From positions 9,578 to 73,577 of the forward strand of contig RXKC01000009.1 of assembly GCA_003962975.1 (NCBI GenBank): a DNA stretch of 64,000 nucleotides. Direction: 5' to 3'. Each line of letters begins with the position of its first letter. Positions within the stretch are counted from its first letter, which is position 1. The position numbers and the translations under genes were made by a program. The notes beneath the pieces are model-generated. The model did not search any database and was not told the origin of the DNA. It saw only the letters and a list, made by a program, of their open reading frames with translations. Of the stretch, positions 1-7,027 are shown piece by piece. This DNA comes from Candidatus Saccharimonadota bacterium. GTDB taxonomy: Bacteria > Patescibacteriota > Saccharimonadia > Saccharimonadales > AWTP1-31.

Positions 1-108
1 GTACTAGCCCAGTGCTGAGACGAGTGCAGTCCTTCGGCCGTTTTCCTGTGCATGAACTATCGAATCGCAAAGAATACGAAGACGACGGCGTTTAGCCAAA
101 CTCCAGTG

Positions 109-1170
109 TTACATCGATAGGTTCGGTTCGATCTCGAGAGAGTAGGGGTCAGCAGTTGGTTGACCTAGCTGCATTTTGAAACAGGCCAGGGTAGCGATCA
201 TGGCGCCGTTGTCGGTGCATAGTTTCATATCGGTATATTCAATAGGAATAAGCAGACGATCAGCTAGCTGGCGGCGAAGTTCGGGACTGGCAGCCACGCC
301 ACCACCGATGACAACACTCTTTGGACTGAATTCTTCAAAAGCCAATATGGTCTTATCAACGACGGTTTCGACTGCAATTCGCTGAAAGCTCGCTGCGACA
401 TCTGCTTTCTGAGCGTCTGCTAGCAGTTCTGTAAGCTTGAAACTAGGAAAATCGTGTGGTTTATCGCAAAGTTTCTGAACAGCTCTAAGAACAGCTGTTT
501 TGGGGCCAGAAAAGCTGTAATCATACTTGGCCGCTAATTTAGCCTTGGGGAATTCAAAGGCGTAGGGGTCACCGTCGACGGCAGCTTTAGTAATGCTTGG
601 ACCACCAGGGTAGGGTAGTCCAAGAATTTTAGCCACCTTATCAAAGGCCTCGCCAATAGCGTCGTCACCAGTTTGCCCGAGTAAGGTGTAATCAAAATGA
701 TCGCGGAATAAAACGAGCTGGCTGTGCCCACCACTGACAATAAGGGAAAGCAGGGGAAACACAGGTTGATTCTGAGGCAGCGCATAGCCAGGCAGGGCAG
801 TCTCAGTCAAAAAGTTAACATAGACATGAGCCTCAACGTGATTAATCGCGTACAGTGGCTTCTTTTTGGTTATTGCCAGGGTGCGTGCAGTCATAACGCC
901 AACTAATAAGCAGCCACCTAGACCTGCACCGTAGGTTACAGCAATAGCATCTATATCGTCCCAGCTACAGCTTGATTGCTCGAGGGCCTGCTCAATAACT
1001 GGGGTGATGGCTTCGATATGGCTGCGGGCAGCAATTTCTGGTACGACGCCACCGTATTGGACATGTAGATCCATACTGCTGGCGACCACGTTAGAAAGCA
1101 ATCGTTTGCCGTCTTCGACGACTGCGGCGGCAGTCTCATCACAACTTGTCTCGATACCGAGGATTTTCAC
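109..1170 (-). CDS. tsaD: tRNA N6-adenosine threonylcarbamoyltransferase TsaD
   Basis: 353-aa ORF. The N-terminus MKILGIETSCDETAAAVV and the blocks GVVPEIAARSH, IVSGGHSQL and IGGGVAAS match the TsaD/Kae1 signature. The start is GTG at 1168-1170. Confidence 0.95.
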   Translation of the reverse strand: MKILGIETSCDETAAAVVEDGKRLLSNVVASSMDLHVQYGGVVPEIAARSHIEAITPVIEQALEQSSCSWDDIDAIAVTYGAGLGGCLLVGVMTARTLAITKKKPLYAINHVEAHVYVNFLTETALPGYALPQNQPVFPLLSLIVSGGHSQLVLFRDHFDYTLLGQTGDDAIGEAFDKVAKILGLPYPGGPSITKAAVDGDPYAFEFPKAKLAAKYDYSFSGPKTAVLRAVQKLCDKPHDFPSFKLTELLADAQKADVAASFQRIAVETVVDKTILAFEEFSPKSVVIGGGVAASPELRRQLADRLLIPIEYTDMKLCTDNGAMIATLACFKMQLGQPTADPYSLEIEPNLSM

Positions 1171-1216
1171 CCTTAAAGTCTACTGTAAAGACTCCCTGAA
1201 ACAAAGCATAATAATA

Positions 1217-1245
1217 TTGACAAAAAGCACAAAATTTGCTAATAT
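1217..1245 (+). promoter_or_regulatory. Sigma-70-type promoter for the 709-aa ORF (TTGACA, 17-nt spacer, TGC-TAATAT)
   Basis: TTGACA at 1217-1222, a 17-nt spacer, then TAATAT at 1240-1245 preceded by TGc (extended -10). It belongs to a recurring AATATTGACA...TGCTAAT motif (see findings). Confidence 0.5.
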
Positions 1246-1318
1246 AGCATCATTGCGAAATAAACAACTTCGCTGCCAAAACAAAAAAGTCAAATAAGTT
1301 ATAAAGGATATAACAACC

Positions 1319-3448
1319 ATGAGTGAATCAATGCAACCAGGACCAACCAACGCACAAGCCGCCGTCGATGCTATTCGAGCCGGCGAACAACAGGCTTCTA
1401 TCGACCGTACTCGTGCAGCTGAATGGGTTGCCAGTGCTGACGAAGCTCTTGCAGCACAACGCGAAAATGCCGCACCTGCAGAGGTCGCAGCTAAGCTCCA
1501 TGAGCGCACACAGTCATTTGAAGACATGAACAACTACTTGGCAGAACGCCCTGAAGTTCCTGTAGGCAAAGCATACTGGAGCAACAAGACTCACTATGAA
1601 GATTCACACGAAGGCAGCATTGAAGATCGCTCACTGAACGATCTTATTAGTGACTGGGCAGGTGCTGAAGACAACAACGACCCAACTCGTGCTATGGATG
1701 TACAAGACGAGATCGAACGACGTCTGACATCTGAAGAGAACATGAGCGACGATCTTAAGATGAACATGCTTGATCGTATTATTTCTAAAAAAGACGCACT
1801 TCGCCAAAACCAGGACACTGCTGTAGAAAACAATGCTGAGAACAACGTTGCTGATTCACAGCCAGTTGGTGGCGGTTACGGCAAAAAGGGTGATGAAATT
1901 ATCCAAGACGGTGGCCAAGCTACTAATAAAAAGTCAGAGAGTGATGATCTATGGGATCGTCTAAACCAGATTCCTGATCTAGAAAAGCCTGACAAGAAGA
2001 AAGGTGACAAGCCTTTTAACGAAAAGACCTTCGAAGAGTTGGTTGACGACAATCCTGACATTGCTCGTGACCTTCTAGAAAATGGTACTGAAGGTGGTAA
2101 GAAGCCACTTGATAAGACTCAAAAAATGGATCAGGTTAACCCTGACTACGACGGCCCTGTTAAGCCAGGTCAAGAGGTTGAACTTTGGAAGAAGCCTGAA
2201 ATCGAGCAAGTTGATCCTGAGCTACAAGGCTTGCAGAACACTCTGAAGTTAGCTCGTGACGAGTATGTACGCATTAGCGCATACCGCCGTGGCAAACTAT
2301 TCAGCCGTAAGGAAAGCAAGAAAGACCTTGAAGCTGCTAAAAAAGCTTACGATGACGCTCATGATGCAATCGGTGCCTACACTGCTAAGCAGATGGAAGC
2401 ACAAGACATTGATGCTGACCAGATTCGCCTGAACGGTGCTGCTGGTGCAATCTTCGAAGACCTCACCACAACAAAAGCTATCATCAAGGCTCAAGAAGGT
2501 CTTGCTGAAGGCAAGCGTTTCAAAGGCTTCTACAACTTCTGGGCACGCCAGAACGGTAAGATAACGACTGCTAAGGGTATCCGTGGTGCGATCGTAAAAT
2601 CCGGTGTGATGAAAGTTCTTACTCTTCCTGCCGGTATCGTAGCCGGTGCTGCTGGCGCAGCTTTGCTTGGCCCAGTTGCTGGTGCTTTAGTTGGTGCTGG
2701 TATAGCTAAGGGTATTGCAAGCGGCCTTATGGGTGCGAACATTGCCAAGAATGCTAGCGAATCAGTTGCTCGTGCACAGGGCATGGATGCCTTCTATAAG
2801 AACGAGGCTCGTATCAATGATCTTGCTGCAAACGGTGCAGTGATCAGTGGTGCTGAAAGCTCTGCTGGTACTATGGAACAAACTCGTGATGACACGATCC
2901 GTAACCGTAAGCGTATGGGTAAGGCTGCACTTATTGGTGCCGCTGGTGGTGCCGCTGGTGCCTTCGTTGGTAACATTATCCAAGACCGTTTCTTTGACGG
3001 CGGTGGTAATGGCGGAAATGCTAAAGGTGGCAACTCTGGTGCAGAGAACACTGGCGGTAAGGGTGGCAAGCCTGACGTAGATCTTACTGAAAACCTTCCA
3101 GACGCTACTCCTCTTGGTACCGTTGGTGAAACCGGTGCCGGCGCTGCCGGAGCTGGCCCAGTCGAGCTATTCCCAACCGACTCACGTCTTCCATGGGAAC
3201 ACGTAAACGACCTACTTGGTAACCTTGGCGATACGCAAGGTGGCGCAAACTCTACTCCTGCAATCTTCGAACTTGTAGAGCGTGGTAAACAGTACGGCAT
3301 CAACTTTGTTGGCGAAGGCCGTGGAATCAAGAGCGTAACAGTAAACGGTCAAACCTTTACTGACAACGCACACATCAACTCTGCCTTTGACGAAACCCTA
3401 CGACGCGTCCTTCTTGACGAAGCTGCTAAAACAGCCACTACCGCTTAA
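1319..3448 (+). CDS. Hypothetical large membrane protein (709 aa) with an acidic helical N-terminal half, glycine-zipper TM segments, a Gly/Asn-rich linker and a small C-terminal domain
   Basis: A long uninterrupted ORF; antisense ORFs inside it are short and low-complexity. AAAGGA lies 12 nt upstream of the ATG. Hydrophobic Gly/Ala stretches include LPAGIVAGAAGAALLGPVAGALVGAGIAKGIASGLMG and AALIGAAGGAAGAFVGNII. I recognise no family. Confidence 0.7.
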   Translation: MSESMQPGPTNAQAAVDAIRAGEQQASIDRTRAAEWVASADEALAAQRENAAPAEVAAKLHERTQSFEDMNNYLAERPEVPVGKAYWSNKTHYEDSHEGSIEDRSLNDLISDWAGAEDNNDPTRAMDVQDEIERRLTSEENMSDDLKMNMLDRIISKKDALRQNQDTAVENNAENNVADSQPVGGGYGKKGDEIIQDGGQATNKKSESDDLWDRLNQIPDLEKPDKKKGDKPFNEKTFEELVDDNPDIARDLLENGTEGGKKPLDKTQKMDQVNPDYDGPVKPGQEVELWKKPEIEQVDPELQGLQNTLKLARDEYVRISAYRRGKLFSRKESKKDLEAAKKAYDDAHDAIGAYTAKQMEAQDIDADQIRLNGAAGAIFEDLTTTKAIIKAQEGLAEGKRFKGFYNFWARQNGKITTAKGIRGAIVKSGVMKVLTLPAGIVAGAAGAALLGPVAGALVGAGIAKGIASGLMGANIAKNASESVARAQGMDAFYKNEARINDLAANGAVISGAESSAGTMEQTRDDTIRNRKRMGKAALIGAAGGAAGAFVGNIIQDRFFDGGGNGGNAKGGNSGAENTGGKGGKPDVDLTENLPDATPLGTVGETGAGAAGAGPVELFPTDSRLPWEHVNDLLGNLGDTQGGANSTPAIFELVERGKQYGINFVGEGRGIKSVTVNGQTFTDNAHINSAFDETLRRVLLDEAAKTATTA

Positions 3449-3503
3449 TAAGCTAGTAGCGTAAAATACCAATAACAGTAAAAAACAAAAAAAGGAAAAC
3501 AAA

Positions 3504-3812
3504 ATGACATACAGCAAAGAACAACTCATCCAGGAACTTGGTCTTGAGGGCTTTGACCCTGCTAAGCAGGAAGAACTACTAAACATGTTCTACACCAGCT
3601 TGAATATGAAACTGCGCATGGCAGTTGCAGCCGAGATTCCTGAAGATAAGATTGCTGAACTTGATGCAGAAATTGCTAAAGGTGATGATGCAGTTTACGA
3701 CTGGATCGACGCTAATGTTCCACAAGCGGCTGAGGTTATCGAAAAAGAGACTCAGACGGCTGTAGAAGATCTAAAACGCCGAATAGCACCATTTATGCCT
3801 AAAGGCGAGTAA
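3504..3812 (+). CDS. Small acidic helical hypothetical protein (102 aa)
   Basis: ORF directly downstream of the 709-aa gene and followed by a strong terminator. The leader is A-rich (aaaaaacaaaaaaaggaaaacaaaATG). It may belong to a CPR-restricted DUF family, but that is unverified memory. Confidence 0.65.
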   Translation: MTYSKEQLIQELGLEGFDPAKQEELLNMFYTSLNMKLRMAVAAEIPEDKIAELDAEIAKGDDAVYDWIDANVPQAAEVIEKETQTAVEDLKRRIAPFMPKGE

Positions 3813-3836
3813 AACCGTCAACAGCATAGCGCATAG

Positions 3837-3863
3837 CGCCCCAGCATCGTCTGGGGCGTTTTT
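3837..3863 (+). terminator. Rho-independent terminator
   Basis: 8-bp GC-rich stem CGCCCCAG / CTGGGGCG (3837-3844 and 3851-3858), a 6-nt loop, then TTTTT. Confidence 0.8.
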
Positions 3864-3882
3864 GTACGTTATTATAAAAGGT

Positions 3883-5166
3883 ATGAATCCAAAACAGCTG
3901 GTGCGCCGCGTACTACCCACAAAGGCCATTACATTAGCCGAAGAATCGTACCGTAAGGGCCGTGTATATGCCCTGCAAGCCAAAGGTGGCTTTCCGGCTA
4001 AGGGCGCCCGAGTTATTGCCGTAACAGGCACGAATGGCAAGACCACCACGTGTCTGTATATAAATGAAATGCTCAAGAGTGCTGGTTACAAAACAGCCCT
4101 GTATACGACGGCAGTAACCGAAATGGCGGGCAAAACCTCGCCAAACACTTCTCACCGGACAGTGCCTTTAACGGCAGAGTTGGTAACGTTTTTTCAAACT
4201 GCTAAAACAAAACAGGTAGACTTTATCGTGCTAGAAACTACCAGTCAGGCGCTCGATCAGCACAAGCTGCTGGGCGTGCCTGTAGAAGTAGCTGTGATGA
4301 CTAACCTGACACAAGATCACCTTGATTACCATGGAACCATGGAAAAGTATGCTAGTGCCAAAGCCCGACTATTTAGCAGCTATATGCAGCCCAAAAAAGT
4401 TGTACTGAATCAGGATGATGACTGGTTTGAGTTTTTTAAAGAGCGAGCTGTCGGAGATGTTACGACCTATGGCCAGGACGCACACAGTCAGCTACAAATC
4501 AACAAGATCGCTACTACAAATATGGGCAGTCAAGTGACGGTGCAGTTTGACGGCCAGACCAGTACTTTCAAAACTTCATTAATTGGGCAATTCAATGCCT
4601 ACAACGCGGCTGCAGCCGTTTCGGCAGGACTAGCCGTCGGTTTGACACTAGAACAGGCCGCAGCCGGTGCAGGCAAGCTACAAACTGCACCGGGACGTAT
4701 GGAGCCAGTTGATGCTGGGCAAAACTTCGCAGTCCTTGTCGACTATGCTCATACCCCAGATGCTCTAGAGAATGCTCTCAAAACACTTCAGGATGTTACC
4801 AAAGGTAATGTCTTGCTGGTGTTCGGTGCGACGGGAGACCGTGATAAGGCCAAACGTCCAATCATGGGTAAGGTAGTCGCAAAGTACGCTGATAAGATCT
4901 TTCTGACAGACGACGAAACCTACACCGAAGATCCAGCTACGATTCGTAAAGAAGTTATGCAAGGTATTCTTGCAGGTAAGGGCGTCCAAAAAACTACAGA
5001 AGTTGGTGACAGGCGCGAGGCCATACAAGCAGCTTTTGCGGCCGCTAAAAAGGGCGATGCAGTGCTCTTGGCTGGCCTCGGACATCAGGACTACCGAGCA
5101 ATGGGCGGCGAAAAACAATCCTGGGACGAGCGACAGATAGCCCGCGAACTGTTACGTCATCACTAG
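3883..5166 (+). CDS. murE: Mur ligase, MurE-type (UDP-MurNAc-L-Ala-D-Glu : diamino acid ligase)
   Basis: P-loop VIAVTGTNGKTTT, plus DYAHTPDALENAL and GATGDRDKAKRP blocks typical of MurE. I moved the start from the track's TTG at 3862 to the ATG at 3883, which has AAAGG upstream. The DAP-specific DNPR motif is absent (see findings). Confidence 0.85.
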   Translation: MNPKQLVRRVLPTKAITLAEESYRKGRVYALQAKGGFPAKGARVIAVTGTNGKTTTCLYINEMLKSAGYKTALYTTAVTEMAGKTSPNTSHRTVPLTAELVTFFQTAKTKQVDFIVLETTSQALDQHKLLGVPVEVAVMTNLTQDHLDYHGTMEKYASAKARLFSSYMQPKKVVLNQDDDWFEFFKERAVGDVTTYGQDAHSQLQINKIATTNMGSQVTVQFDGQTSTFKTSLIGQFNAYNAAAAVSAGLAVGLTLEQAAAGAGKLQTAPGRMEPVDAGQNFAVLVDYAHTPDALENALKTLQDVTKGNVLLVFGATGDRDKAKRPIMGKVVAKYADKIFLTDDETYTEDPATIRKEVMQGILAGKGVQKTTEVGDRREAIQAAFAAAKKGDAVLLAGLGHQDYRAMGGEKQSWDERQIARELLRHH

Positions 5167-5197
5167 ACAATTCGAATACTTACTTATAAACACAATA

Positions 5198-5226
5198 TTG
5201 ACAAATTAGTTAATTTCTGCTAATGT
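5198..5226 (+). promoter_or_regulatory. Sigma-70-type promoter (TTGACA, 17-nt spacer, TGC-TAATGT)
   Basis: TTGACA at 5198-5203, a 17-nt spacer, then TAATGT at 5221-5226 preceded by TGc. Same AATATTGACAAA context as at 1217 and 31107. Confidence 0.5.
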
Positions 5227-5281
5227 TAAAGGTGTTAGTAATAGTGGCATAAGCCATAAAATAAACAAAGAAAACAAAAAC

Positions 5282-6055
5282 ATGTCAGTTGAAGCCGGTC
5301 CCTCACCCCATATGATGGCTCCTCCGCAAGAAGCGGCTAGCTTACCTGTGGCCATGCCTGCTGTAGAACAAGCGCTTTCAGCAAGTGATCGTCTATTTCT
5401 TGATCACCACGATACGGTAGCGCGAGATCTGTTAGGCCCAGATTATGATTTTGCTGTGCAATCTGGCCTGACTGACATGTTCTATCTGGACCCATCACGT
5501 AATGAGGATGGCTTACTACATACCTTAACTGGTGATGTACTGACCGGTGAGGGCGGCACCATACTGCCGGGTGGTTTTCATCACGAACCTTCTTCGAGAG
5601 ATGGCCAGACTTTTGTTGAACGTGATCACCTAGAAGGTCGCAATGCAAAATCAATGCGTGAATACCGTGAAGACCCATTCAGTCCATACTCGGCTCATGT
5701 AATTGTTGAAGGATTTCGTAAAACCAAAACCACGACAAATGCCGAAACAGGCGAGAGTACAGTGCATCCTGCGAAGAATGGCATGTATCCTAAGGAGTAC
5801 GACGCGCTGGCGGTTATGCAAACGGTGCGAAACGCATTAGCAAATCGTGATACATCTCGTGACTATATTGCGGGTGATACGATAATCACAGAAGGTTATG
5901 CGCCGATGTTAGATGGCCAGAGTCAGATGCGACTGAGAATGTGTCTTGACCAAGAGACAGGTAAAGTTATTTCTGCATACCCAATGGTGGCTCGTGGAAG
6001 CGACAAGATGAAGCTAGATGAAGACGCTATTGCTCGTCATCTTGGTCTAAAATAG
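5282..6055 (+). CDS. Hypothetical protein with an EndoU-like nuclease (RNase toxin) domain
   Basis: 257-aa ORF. It has ordered blocks GGTILPGGFHHEPS, HPAKNGMYPKEYDALAVMQTVRNAL and GKVISAYPMV. These resemble the bacterial EndoU toxin-domain blocks as I recall them (GGHH, then K-x-FP-x-x-W, then TAYP). No HMM search was run. Confidence 0.6.
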   Translation: MSVEAGPSPHMMAPPQEAASLPVAMPAVEQALSASDRLFLDHHDTVARDLLGPDYDFAVQSGLTDMFYLDPSRNEDGLLHTLTGDVLTGEGGTILPGGFHHEPSSRDGQTFVERDHLEGRNAKSMREYREDPFSPYSAHVIVEGFRKTKTTTNAETGESTVHPAKNGMYPKEYDALAVMQTVRNALANRDTSRDYIAGDTIITEGYAPMLDGQSQMRLRMCLDQETGKVISAYPMVARGSDKMKLDEDAIARHLGLK

Positions 6056-6093
6056 TATAGACATACTCACAACATTATTGTACTATACATTTA

Positions 6094-6357
6094 ATGAGCG
6101 ATCGCGGTGTTGTACCTGCATTGAGTGCAGAAACTGAAAGGTTATTTTGGGAAGTGAGCCAAGAGCTGGGTGCTGATGGTTGGCAGCCTCTTATTGCCTA
6201 TGCTCACACTGTTGAGGATGAAGGCCTCAGAGGCATAACGCTTGCTGTTAGTGAGATGCACCGTGTCACCATAGACGTGAATTTAGGTACTGTCGCAATC
6301 GCTGATCTAGCCTCTGGCTATGTGGGCACTATTCCATTGCCTTCAACAGATACATAA
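6094..6357 (+). CDS. Small acidic hypothetical protein (87 aa), candidate partner or immunity protein of the EndoU-like ORF
   Basis: The ORF starts 38 nt after the upstream stop. A -10-like TACTAT at 6081-6086 ends 7 nt before the ATG, a leaderless geometry. I recognise no family. Confidence 0.5.
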   Translation: MSDRGVVPALSAETERLFWEVSQELGADGWQPLIAYAHTVEDEGLRGITLAVSEMHRVTIDVNLGTVAIADLASGYVGTIPLPSTDT

Positions 6358-6359
6358 TA

Positions 6360-6388
6360 TTGACCATAAAGTATATTAGTTATATAAT
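6360..6388 (+). promoter_or_regulatory. Sigma-70-type promoter (TTGACC, 17-nt spacer, TATAAT) with near-leaderless geometry
   Basis: TTGACC at 6360-6365, a 17-nt spacer, then TATAAT at 6383-6388. The ATG at 6398 lies 9 nt after the -10 box. Confidence 0.55.
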
Positions 6389-6397
6389 ATATCAACA

Positions 6398-7027
6398 ATG
6401 ACAGATTTTGGTGAGGTTCGACACGATTCTGCCGATACGAGTACTACTTCTCGTCGATTTAATCTTGCCAACGATTCCATAGGCAGTCACGATTTCTGGA
6501 TAGAAGTTCCCACTGGAACACATCGATTCATATCGTTACCCGCACCAACAACACGACAGCGCCAGTTACGAAAACCACTTGAAGAAGATGGCCTTATCTT
6601 GGGTCATCGTCGTGCTTCTGAGGCTGCTGCAACAGAAACATACAGCATTCCAGCATCAGCACGTCCTCTGGCTTACGAAGCGCCAGTTACTCGGGAAGGA
6701 GCATATTCGTATACAGACGAAGAGCTTTTTCATGACCTCGGTGATCTACTGGGTAGCTTGAGTCACAAATATGGTGACGATCCACAAATGGTCGCAACGG
6801 ACGTAACTCGCGTGTTGGCCTTGGTTGATTTTGTGCAGCCAGGCGAACGACAGGTGTATTTTACTCCTGGTGTCGAGAGGCTACTTGTTCCACGCCCTCC
6901 AGAGGTCTCGGCAGAGGGGCAGTATGCTGAACAGTTAGAGACTGTTTTCTCAGGGCGTTTTGACGAAGTGGCAATATACTTTCGCATGGGCTTTGCTGAA
7001 GCAGCCGCAGCGGCTAGGGGGGAATAA
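6398..7027 (+). CDS. Hypothetical protein (209 aa)
   Basis: ORF with a consensus promoter upstream. Its stop overlaps the next start by 1 nt (TAATG), indicating translational coupling. No recognisable motifs. Confidence 0.6.
   Translation: MTDFGEVRHDSADTSTTSRRFNLANDSIGSHDFWIEVPTGTHRFISLPAPTTRQRQLRKPLEEDGLILGHRRASEAAATETYSIPASARPLAYEAPVTREGAYSYTDEELFHDLGDLLGSLSHKYGDDPQMVATDVTRVLALVDFVQPGERQVYFTPGVERLLVPRPPEVSAEGQYAEQLETVFSGRFDEVAIYFRMGFAEAAAAARGE

Noticed and set aside
1-32. CIRCE-like right arm CAGTGCTGA at 10-18, preceded by exactly 9 nt to the window edge, with a second GAGTGCAG at 22-29. There is also a possible 3' end of a plus-strand ORF (frame 3, stop TAG at 93-95).
   Set aside because: The left arm of any CIRCE would lie outside the window, so the element cannot be supported. 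The partial ORF has no recognisable sequence. Both are worth checking with upstream sequence.
2794-3330. Long antisense ORFs in the track, for example 2794-3330(-), 9135-9557(-), 11596-12063(+), 21134-21634(-), 33703-34206(-), 40280-40960(-) and 45763-46311(-).
   Set aside because: They lie fully inside well-supported or longer genes on the opposite strand. They encode low-complexity Ser/Ala/Pro/Arg-rich sequence and have no start context. They are typical shadow ORFs.
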